A stretch of DNA of 20,000 bases from an uncultured virus (IMG/VR IMGVR_UViG_2061766007_000688) (lineage: Duplodnaviria > Heunggongvirae > Uroviricota > Caudoviricetes), in the IMG/VR virus record IMGVR_UViG_2061766007_000688; one strand, given 5' to 3'. Both the position numbers and the translations under genes were made by a program. How positions within the stretch are numbered: position 1 is the first letter of the stretch; each line of letters begins with the position of its first letter. The notes below the pieces were generated by a model that was not told the DNA's origin, did no database searches, and worked only from the letters and a program-made list of their open reading frames with translations. Positions 11,650 through 19,351 of the stretch are shown here, in pieces.

Positions 11650-13549
11650 TTACCCAACTTTCTGAGAGGCCTCGTTTGTTATCTTCTTCTCAGAATTGTT
11701 GAGGTTCTTAGGTGTGTTGGGATTGTTATTATCTCCTGAGAAGTCTTTACCCTGCCCCAAAGCACCAAGTTCCTGCTGTGCTGTGATATTTGTCTCCATA
11801 GATGACTTCTTTTCATCGTCAATCTGCTGTAAAGCAGCCTTTGCCTGGTTTTCAGTCTCTCCGAAGTACCACATTCTTGTTTCGAGTTTAGAAGATATGC
11901 CAGCATTGATAAGCGATAATCTCTTTTCAAGCTCTGCCTCGCTGTCTACAATGATACTGTCATCCCACTCAAATGAGATTTCATACTTGCCAGGAGGCGT
12001 GATATTGTAGAGTGTGCAATAAACATCTGCTACATACACACTATCCCTCAAAGCGTCCTCAAGAGCCATCTGAATATCTCTGTTAGTAGAGTAAGAACGC
12101 TGTTTCTGTATCTTCATCTCGGTTGCTGTCTTGGCTTCATAAGAGGGATCCTCTGATATTGTGCCACGACTGAAACCGACTGCATCCTCTATTCTTATCA
12201 GAATAGTATTCAAGCCCTGTCTGATACTCTCGTCACGGAGTGCAGGAGCAAATACATTGTATGTTTCATCAGAGTTCAAGTCTACCTTTCTGAACAGTCT
12301 TTCCTGCTTTGACGGAAGAACAGTCTGATGTGAACCATCTCCGTATTCTCTGATTTTAAGAGCGTCACGGTCTACATCAATAGCCATCTCTCCGCCCTCA
12401 TATTCCCAGAGAAGTCTTGAATACTGCTCATCAGCGTCTTTGATAAGAGATGTAGCACGACTGAAACCAGACACTCCGAGAGGTGAGTACGGGTCAATCG
12501 TGTTTGCCTCAGGCATCTTGAAGTATGCAAACAGTGGCCTGTCTACATTGTCGATAGTAACAGACGGAGCAAGGCCTGCCCATTCGGGTACTTCTGTCAG
12601 CTTGCAAGGTTTACCAAAATTTGCTGAGTCTTTTGTAGCCATGCCCTGTCTTGAAAATCTGTTGTTATCAGCGACATAGGCAAAGTTCTGTACTGTAACA
12701 CTTCTTCCTTCGAGTTTATGATACTCAACTCTTGTATAAACCTTCGTCTTATCGACTTTCTGCTGAGTAAATGCAGCCTCAGTGATTTTTCCGTTGTTAT
12801 CGAACGATAGCGGATAAAATCTGTCTGCCTGAATGAAATCGAACTCTATTTCATACTCAGGTAACGGGTCTGAACTTGAAATAGCGTCTGAATCAGCTTT
12901 TTCAAGCTCTTCTGCTGATTTTTCTTTCTCTTCCCCGACTTTTGCAACAGGTTTCTTCTTTTCGCCCCCACCAAGCTCTGAAATGCCGATAGTTTCTTTC
13001 TTTTCGTCATCCTCACTCATTTTCAGCGTGGTTGTTGAAATAGAAGGAGCTTTTCCTGTATAAGACACNNNNNNNNNNNNNNNNNNNNNNNNNNNNNNNN
13101 CGTCTTATCTGCCTTTTCAGCTTTTTGTACTGCTGATTAAGAAATTCAGCTCTTTCTGTAGGGCCAGCAGGCTCACTTTCTGTAATAGTCATTGAGCCAC
13201 TGCCCATTGTAGCCATCCCATTCTCGTCAATACCAGGAGGCTGATAATTCGGGTTTTCTTTCTCTACATCAACCATGGGCGGGGTAATCTCACTCTCCAT
13301 CTCGATTGTCGCAAGTCTTGCCTTCTCACTTGCTATAAGTGCAGGTAAACCAAGAGAAACGACTTTCTCAGGTTCACCAGGTGCAGGCTCTTTGAGCCAT
13401 GGGGCACGATTTTCGTACATATCACTCCATAATGATATGGCATTTACCATATCGTCTGAAATGATAGGTTTTACTGAAATAATCTGTTCGATGTCTTTGA
13501 TACCCAGCATTTTCTTGATACCTCCTGTGATTTTCTTTAAGATGTTCAT
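11650..13549 (-). CDS. Portal protein (A118/SPP1 gp6-like)
   Basis: 'SLGLPALIASEKARL', 'ADRFYPL', 'YTRVEYH', 'PLFAYFKMPEAN..D..SPLGVS', 'KTATEMK' and 'FEWDDSII'; follows terL; joined across gap 13069-13100. Confidence 0.92.
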
Positions 13550-13551
13550 AG

Positions 13552-14401
13552 TTATTGTCCCTTTCTTCTCCAATGTGGACTTGTTGCGTATCTGATACTA
13601 TCTATCGCATGATTATCTTTGTCAGGATAACCACTAATGATTTCATCTTCTCTGTCTCGCTCATACTCATACTCGATAAACTCTTTCAGAGTAGCAGGAC
13701 AGCGTTTCGGGTCAATATAGATGTGTCTAAGTGACTGCATCCACTTAATACCATAAACAATACCATCAGCTTCTTTTTTCATAGGTCTTGCCCCGTATGC
13801 ACCATAAGAACGCCAGTCTGAAATAGACTTTTGCTCGGCACTATCGCAAGTTATGATGTCATCAGCTTTGGCAAACTTTAATTCTTTGAATATTTTATCA
13901 AAGGTCTGTTGGTTTGACAACTTATTTGCCCTAAATTCTTGGAAAACATACAAGTCTCTTCGAGCCGCATCAAGATGTACTCCAGAATAGTGGAATGGGT
14001 CAGGATACCAGCCCCAATCGACTCNNNNNNNNNNNNNNNNNNNNNNNNNNNCACTGTCACTGATGTAGCGAGGCTCTACATTTTCAAAGACATTTCCACC
14101 TGTGCCAACGGGCACACCCAAGTACTCATGCTCATAAGCATTGGGGTTAGTCTCTTTCAAGTCGTCAGCTTCATCTATAAATGCTTGCCCAAGCCAATCA
14201 ACAGGCACATCTCTATAATCAGAGGAAGATACAAGAGTATTCTCTCTCGCAAGAGCATCTGTTGCGTACTGATTAGCCCAATTCAAGTTTGAGATAGGTG
14301 GGTTGAAAGAACGAAAGTCCCAGAACACACTGCCACCACGCATTGTAGACTGTAAGACTTTACGAATCTCTTTCTCCCCGAAATATTGGTCTAACTCTTC
14401 A
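13552..14401 (-). CDS. terL: Terminase large subunit, exon 2
   Basis: The frame extends upstream of the ORF call as (F)EELDQYFGEKEIRKVLQSTMRGG, then 'SFNPP', 'YEHEYLG', 'VDWGWYPDP' and 'DKDNHAIDSIRYA' (PBSX-family nuclease domain). Confidence 0.95.
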
Positions 14402-14592
14402 CAAATTTGTTACGAATATGTCGCTTCCACATACTCTCACTGTGTTTCCACAGTAGTTCAGACTATTTCATATAGCTACTACCCATTAGCAGTAGTAGCT
14501 ATCTCCCCATTTCCACCTCGCTTGAGGTGTACTCTACTCGTTTACTCCCCACAGTGTTTCTCTGTGGGTACACTTTCGATAGTCGTTGCAGG

Positions 14593-15091
14593 TTATTCCA
14601 CATTTTTGTAAGAAACTCGATTTACAACTCGTTTGATACAACAACTTCCCACACCAAATTTTTCAGCAAGTGCAAACATGCCAAATTCTTTATCATGTGG
14701 TTTATAATGAGAGCGGATATATCTTACATCATCCTCGCTCAATTTAGATGACGTATGAGAAGTGCCTTGTATTGGTTTTTTAAGTCCTCGCTCATAGGCA
14801 TGATACATTTGTTCGCTCAATGTTGCCCATTCTAAATTATCTGCTCTGTTATTATCTTTATTGCCATCAAGATGATTTACAGTGGGTTTATTGTCTGGGT
14901 TAGGTATAAATGCTTCAGCGACAAGTCGATTGNNNNNNNNNNNNNNNNNNNNNNNNNNATTTAACATATCCATCTTTAGTGTGGCTCAACTTTAATATTC
15001 TGTCTTGCCCCTTGTGTAAACTTCTCACCCTACCAAAGTTACTGATAAGATATCCCTCTGCAAATTCAATAGGTTTCCAAATTTCTTCCAT
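14593..15091 (-). CDS. Intron-encoded NUMOD4-HNH homing endonuclease (I-HmuI/I-BasI-like) with a C-terminal HTH-like domain
   Basis: GGAGGTG SD; 'EIWKPI...YLISNFGRVRS' (NUMOD4); 'RLVAEAFIPNP..KPTVNHLDGNKDNNRADNLEW' (HNH); 'LAEKFGVG..CIKRVV'. Joined across gap 14933-14958. Confidence 0.9.
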
Positions 15092-15127
15092 ATCACACCT
15101 CCGTTGTATAATTATTTGATACAATTC

Positions 15128-15156
15128 ATTATACTATGTAATAGGAGCTGTGTCAA
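15128..15156 (-). promoter_or_regulatory. Consensus sigma-A promoter inside the intron, driving the endonuclease gene
   Basis: TTGACA (15151-15156) - 17 nt - TATAAT (15128-15133); the -10 ends 36 nt before the ATG. Confidence 0.85.
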
Positions 15157-15246
15157 TAGTGGAATCTTCCCTCAAGATTGTCCTCAGCTTATACTGTTAG
15201 GAGTTTCCTTGATAAAAGGGAGTTTATCCTGGTCAGAAGATAGTTT

Positions 15247-15639
15247 AACCAGGTAATGCCAATATACCCAAACGGCAACTTGACTGACTTTACTTTGTTA
15301 GGGTCATCAAGCCCCATGAAAAGTATCTGCTNNNNNNNNNNNNNNNNNNNNNGGTATCTTGAAATAATCAAGAAGTCCCATCTTCTCTATGCCCCAAACT
15401 ACCTGTGACCAAACAGAGTTCTTTATAGTATTACCGACCTTACGAAACACGACAGCATGGACGGAAGGGTTATTTACTATAAGAAGTGGTATAATCTCAC
15501 TAATAAAAGACGACTTTGTGCTTCCTCGCCCGCCCTTAAATACATAATGCACATGATTGTGGTCGAGAATGTCATCCATTATCGGCTGAAATTTGGGAAT
15601 AACCACATCGTTCAGCTTTATCGTAATGTTTTCTCCCAT
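15247..15639 (-). CDS. terL: Terminase large subunit, exon 1
   Basis: Walker A 'KGGRGSTKSS' and 'FRKVGNTIKNSV'. After gap 15332-15352 it reads 'QILFMGLDDPNKVKSVK..FGYIGITW'. Confidence 0.95.
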
Positions 15640-15642
15640 TCA

Positions 15643-16119
15643 TTAGCTCCTTTCTAATATCAATCTCACTTCCTGCTTATTAGCAATATCTGTGCCAACT
15701 TCCATTTCTCTAAGCCTGCGGTTAAGCTCTTTGGCAGCCGCAGTTCTGTCTGAAATACTCGCTTCGAGGTTAAACTGGTCTTTAATGTCTCCACGCATGA
15801 CTGCTGTAAGATAAGAAAGAACCTCTTTAGCGTCTGCTATGTCTCTGCCCCTTATCTGTTCATTGCGATAGGCAATCTCATTCTGTATATAGTCCTTCTG
15901 TAAGAGATTTCTGCCTCTTGTCAAATATGCCGCTTCTTTATTCTTGATAGTATCTCTGACAGAATAACCAGCCTCTTTAGCAGCCTGTGCGGGGTCAGAA
16001 TACTTGATATAAAGACTAACAAACCTGTCCTCTTTTGGTGATAATGCTTGCCCGTTGTGGGTTCTTAAAGGTTCAAGACCAACATCAGGCACAACATCTG
16101 GTAATTCACTGGCTCTCAT
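15643..16119 (-). CDS. terS: Terminase small subunit
   Basis: 'LSPKEDRFVSLY', 'AQAAKEAGYS', 'IADAKEVLSYLTAVMRG' and 'SDRTAAAKEL' (Terminase_2-like); GGAGG SD before the ATG at 16119; directly upstream of terL. Confidence 0.9.
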   Translation of the reverse strand: MRASELPDVVPDVGLEPLRTHNGQALSPKEDRFVSLYIKYSDPAQAAKEAGYSVRDTIKNKEAAYLTRGRNLLQKDYIQNEIAYRNEQIRGRDIADAKEVLSYLTAVMRGDIKDQFNLEASISDRTAAAKELNRRLREMEVGTDIANKQEVRLILERS

Positions 16120-16121
16120 AA

Positions 16122-16575
16122 TCAACCCTCCTTTTTAAGTTTCTGTCGAGCTTCAAGTTCCTGCCAAAGCAACTCAACTGTCTTGGGGGAAATGGAAAAT
16201 CCACAGGCATTAAGTGTCTGCTGAAAATTTGTCCAATTTCTAAAATAAGACTGCCCGTAAGTAACGATGCCGTTGGAAGCTGTTTTCGACGCTTTGGGTG
16301 CACCCTGTTTAAGTATTCTCAACATGGCTTTCTCAACATCCCCATTTTTGGGAATAAACATGGTATCACCCTCAGTTGTAGTCACAAGCAAGCAATTAGG
16401 CTTATGCTCTTTATTATGCCCATAATGAGAATAATAATACAGCTTAAACTCAAAAATAATGCCTGTGTCAATGTGCCGCAGGTATACAAATTCGTCTGAA
16501 AAATCATCCATGCACTTCTTGTAGGTACTCTCAAAAAACCACGGGTGCTTAAACTTTCCTCTGACCTTCTCAATG
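16122..16575 (-). CDS. Hypothetical protein (start hidden in N gap 16576-16673)
   Basis: Open frame of ~150 unmasked codons ending just before terS; no recognisable motif. Confidence 0.6.
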
Positions 16576-16673
16576 NNNNNNNNNNNNNNNNNNNNNNNNN
16601 NNNNNNNNNNNNNNNNNNNNNNNNNNNNNNNNNNNNNNNNNNNNNNNNNNNNNNNNNNNNNNNNNNNNNNNNN

Positions 16674-16941
16674 CCTCAGGCTCAAGTGGAGGTAAACCAT
16701 CCAGCGCCCTTAACAGGTCTCTTAAATAATAAAGAACAAAAACCTGCGAAGAAGAGCCGTAAAGAGGCACTGAATGAAAATTGTCCTGCTCATCCACATA
16801 AGTATCAGAAACCTTAGTAAGGACAATAGGAAAAGGATTTCCTTGCCTATGAAAAGATGAGCTATTAAGAACAATAGAGCAACCATATTTGAAATTTATC
16901 CCATTTACAAGCTTCCCTTGAAGCCTTTTAATATCTGCCAT
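16674..16941 (-). CDS. Hypothetical protein, first gene of the packaging operon (end hidden in N gap)
   Basis: MADIKRLQGKL... is open into the gap and sits directly after a promoter match. Confidence 0.6.
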
Positions 16942-16947
16942 GACTAA

Positions 16948-16976
16948 ATAATAATACCTTCCTTACTTTCTGTCAA
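16948..16976 (-). promoter_or_regulatory. Sigma-A-like promoter for the packaging operon
   Basis: TTGACA (16971-16976) - 17 nt - TATTAT (16948-16953), 6 nt before the ATG at 16941. Confidence 0.7.
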
Positions 16977-17216
16977 GTACTAATTATATCAAATAAGACA
17001 TAACTTCGGCGGTGCAATCCTAAACAATTCGCCCGATATAGTAAATTTACTGTAAAAATCCTCCTGAATAGCAATCCTGTGTTGTAGCGTGAGAGCTGTG
17101 TCCAATGTCATTGCGTGTGGGGCGTGAGAGTNNNNNNNNNNNNNNNNNNNNNNNNNNNNACAGAGAAAATCAGTGGGCTGTTGGAGCGAGTTCGACTTTT
17201 GTACAGCATGAAAAAT

Positions 17217-17236
17217 CCCCGAACGTGCGTTCGGGG
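17217..17236. promoter_or_regulatory. Palindrome containing a perfect Firmicutes LexA box; may instead or also be a minus-strand terminator
   Basis: CCCCGAACGTGCGTTCGGGG. The core CGAAC-GTGC-GTTCG (17220-17233) fits CGAACRNRYGTTYG. On the minus strand the hairpin is followed by ATTTTT. Confidence 0.55.
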
Positions 17237-17268
17237 GTGGTCTGTGAAACGTGCGGAGTGTTTCACGG

Positions 17269-17376
17269 TTATGCTGTGAAACAATTTTTTGTTTCACAGA
17301 AAATGTCATCAAATAAAAGTTGTGATATCTCATGTCGATAATATTTGAATACGATTTTTAATATTATATTTTTCAT
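17269..17376 (-). CDS. Small ORF, 35 aa (MKNIILKIVFKYYRHEISQLLFDDIFCETKNCFTA)
   Basis: GAGGT SD followed by AAAAAGCAT-ATG, the same style as the upstream 180-aa gene; below the ORF-track cut-off. Confidence 0.45.
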   Translation of the reverse strand: MKNIILKIVFKYYRHEISQLLFDDIFCETKNCFTA

Positions 17377-17450
17377 ATGCTTTTTACCTCTTTATTTTAC
17401 GTTTTTAGATTGTTTGCTGTCGTTTGTGCTATTTCATATCGCTTTTGTAT

Positions 17451-17476
17451 GTTATCGCCCTAAATAGGGCGATAAC
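17451..17476. other. Perfect 12-bp inverted repeat after the 180-aa gene
   Basis: GTTATCGCCCTA-AA-TAGGGCGATAAC; no U-tract on either side, so not a typical intrinsic terminator. Confidence 0.6.
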
Positions 17477-17491
17477 GTGACTAAAACGATA

Positions 17492-18034
17492 TTATGCTTT
17501 TTTAGCTGTCGTTTTTTCTGTTTTCTTTGCTGTTTTTGTTGCTGTCGTTTTCTTTGCTGTTTTCTTTGTTTCTGTCGTTTCTTTTTTATATCCTGTCAAT
17601 ACGTCTATATTATCAACCTTTGTTTCACGTAACACACCATTTATGCAATGTGCTATTTTTTCGACAGTCTCGATATCTGAAAACTTGAAACCTTTTTCCT
17701 TTACGTTTGTTTTATCCCATGATAAAATCATTGTATGATTAGCAAAACAATCGCTATCACGTAACATGTTTACGATTGTATTGTCTATATCGTTCCCCAC
17801 GTAAATCTGAAATGATTTGTTTTTAACGTGAATCTGTAAACGCTCACGTACTTTGTTAGAAAATGCTTTTTCGTCATATTCTATAACATAAGAATCATTT
17901 GACGGTTTGAAAAGTGGTTTTACTACGTGGTCAAGTGTTTTTTGCTCTGTCACGTTTTCAACAACGATATTATAAATATCGTTTGCGATTGCTTCTCTTT
18001 TGTCTACGCTGTTTGTGTTTGTTGTAGTCATCAT
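17492..18034 (-). CDS. Hypothetical protein with a Lys/Thr/Ala-rich basic C-terminal tail
   Basis: 180-aa ORF with GAGGT SD and an upstream promoter; tail KKETTETKKTAKKTTATKTAKKTEKTTAKKA. Confidence 0.8.
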   Translation of the reverse strand: MMTTTNTNSVDKREAIANDIYNIVVENVTEQKTLDHVVKPLFKPSNDSYVIEYDEKAFSNKVRERLQIHVKNKSFQIYVGNDIDNTIVNMLRDSDCFANHTMILSWDKTNVKEKGFKFSDIETVEKIAHCINGVLRETKVDNIDVLTGYKKETTETKKTAKKTTATKTAKKTEKTTAKKA

Positions 18035-18081
18035 AATTTTTTACCTCGTTTTCTTTCCGACACGTTTGTGTCTATTGTGAT

Positions 18082-18097
18082 TGTTTCACGTGAAACA
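18082..18097. promoter_or_regulatory. parS: parS site (ParB/Spo0J-binding palindrome)
   Basis: TGTTTCACGTGAAACA, an exact match to the 16-bp bacterial chromosomal parS consensus, in non-coding DNA. Confidence 0.85.
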
Positions 18098-18195
18098 TTT
18101 TTCATTTTATAACGATATAGATTTTTAGATTTTAGAATGTTTAGATGTTAGAGTGTTTGAAAAGTGTTTCATGTGCTTTACTTGATTACAAGTAC

Positions 18196-18224
18196 ATAAT
18201 ATCACGATATTTTTATCTTGTCAA
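18196..18224 (-). promoter_or_regulatory. Strong sigma-A-like promoter for the 180-aa gene
   Basis: TTGACA-N17-TATTAT with an extended -10 TG and upstream A/T tracts (UP-like). The spacer overlaps the inverted repeat AATATC-AC-GATATT. Confidence 0.75.
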
Positions 18225-18606
18225 CTACTTTTTTAAAAATTTTTCAAAAAATTTTTTATACATGATTTTTATTTTTTGCTTTTATATAGAAGAAACGCAT
18301 TTTCTTTTATCGAAAAACAATAAAAGAAAACATAAAAAATATTGATAAATTGCGACAGATACAAAAAAATTTATGTTTTTTTTGTCCCCATGTTTTATAC
18401 GTCATATATCAAATATGATATTTTATATCATAAAAGATATTTTTATAATACAAAAAGCACGTTTTAACCCCCACGCCGACACAAACAACAAAAAAATATT
18501 ACATCTATGTTTTATAGTATCATTGTTTTATCACATAGTTTTCAAAACTACATGCTATAGATTTTTTATTGTCTTATGTCATGCAAAAACGACACTATAC
18601 AGTTTT

Positions 18607-18687
18607 AGAATCTTTGTTCGATTGCATAAACACTTGCTATAAAATAGAACTTTTGTTCGAGTCGTGACATGATAGAACTTTTGTTCG
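18607..18687. promoter_or_regulatory. Three tandem LexA/SOS-box-like sites
   Basis: AGAATCTTTGTTCG (18607-18620), AGAACTTTTGTTCG (18646-18659) and AGAACTTTTGTTCG (18674-18687). The last two are GAAC-N4-GTTC and form a 16-bp direct repeat. Confidence 0.7.
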
Positions 18688-19086
18688 TGTGTTTGCGACT
18701 GTCACTATAGTAGGAGAGTAGCAACGACAGCAAAAACAACAGACAACTATCGTCGGATAGCTCTTGATTTATACAGCGACAGCAGTGCATTATATTATAT
18801 AATAATGGCCAGCGAGGCCCCAATGGAACTCCTGCAATGGGAAAATTTCCGCGGGACGGACTGGAAGGACTGGAGGGAGAGGAAGGATTATCAGGTTGGT
18901 CTCATTGGACAGTCTACTGAAAACAGTATATACTCCCTTTATATTATATAAAACAATGGCCATAATGGTAAATGGAAAACTCCTAATACTTCGTTTTTCC
19001 GCCTGCTGCCTGCCTCTCCGCTTATGCTGACTGCCTGGGAAGGAATGGCAGGATAGGCGGGCACGGAGGGATAGGATGTTATAGCT

Positions 19087-19117
19087 AAAATAAAAGAGGG
19101 AGCATAGTAGTTCCCTC
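19087..19117 (-). terminator. Intrinsic terminator after the small acidic gene
   Basis: GAGGGA/TCCCTC stem followed by TTTTATTTT on the minus strand, about 10 nt after the stop. Confidence 0.6.
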
Positions 19118-19126
19118 ATTGTTCTT

Positions 19127-19351
19127 TTAGTAGAGGATAATCTGCTCAAACTCGTCATCTGACATTCTGAGGATTTCTTTAATTCTCTGCTCATTCTCTT
19201 GGAACATATCATCTTCAATCATAGATACTGGAACATCTTCGTTCTGCTCTACAATCTCGGAGTTCTCACAGATTAATCTCTGGAGTTCTGTATACTCACT
19301 GTAAGTTAAGTCTACATAGGATGTGTTGTGCTGTGCATAATAAAATCTCAT
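19127..19351 (-). CDS. Small acidic hypothetical protein (74 aa)
   Basis: GAGGGA SD, TATAAT upstream (~19397-19402) and a downstream terminator; 18 D/E versus 5 K/R by my count. Confidence 0.7.
   Translation of the reverse strand: MRFYYAQHNTSYVDLTYSEYTELQRLICENSEIVEQNEDVPVSMIEDDMFQENEQRIKEILRMSDDEFEQIILY

Larger units (their letters stand above)
14402..15246 (-). mobile_element. Group I intron (IA-like, 845 nt as assembled) in terL
   Basis: P1 CCUGGUU|...GACCAGG with a U-G pair at the 5' splice site; P10 UCUUC/GAAGA; terminal G at 14402. P7 GACUA/UAGUC lies within CAACGACUA and GAAAUAGUCU. P8 is a 10-bp stem UAGCUACUAC/GUAGUAGCUA; P9 is ACUGUG-GAAA-CACAGU; two extra hairpins follow P7. Splicing restores TGG-TT|T-GAA-GAG (W-F-E-E). 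Confidence 0.93.

Noticed and set aside
1150..14751. Many plus-strand ORFs in the ORF track
   Set aside because: They are antisense shadows of minus-strand genes or of the intron, with no recognisable protein features.
256..16673. Apparent frameshifts or pseudogenes in TMP, capsid, portal, scaffold, neck, terL exon 1 and HNH genes
   Set aside because: Every frame change coincides with an N run of uncertain length. These are assembly or masking artefacts, not evidence of decay or programmed frameshifting.
17495..17590. Tandem low-complexity repeats (TTTGCTGT, CTGTCGTTT)
   Set aside because: Explained by the K/T/A-rich tail of the 180-aa protein.
17660..17876. Spo0A-box matches TTCGACA (~17660) and TTCGTCA (~17870)
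   Set aside because: This would fit the phi29 analogy, but 7-bp motifs inside a coding region occur by chance. Not supportable without enrichment statistics.
18607..18687. CRISPR mini-array reading of the direct repeats
   Set aside because: The repeats (14-16 bp) and the gaps between them (14-25 bp) are too short and irregular; a LexA-operator pattern fits better.
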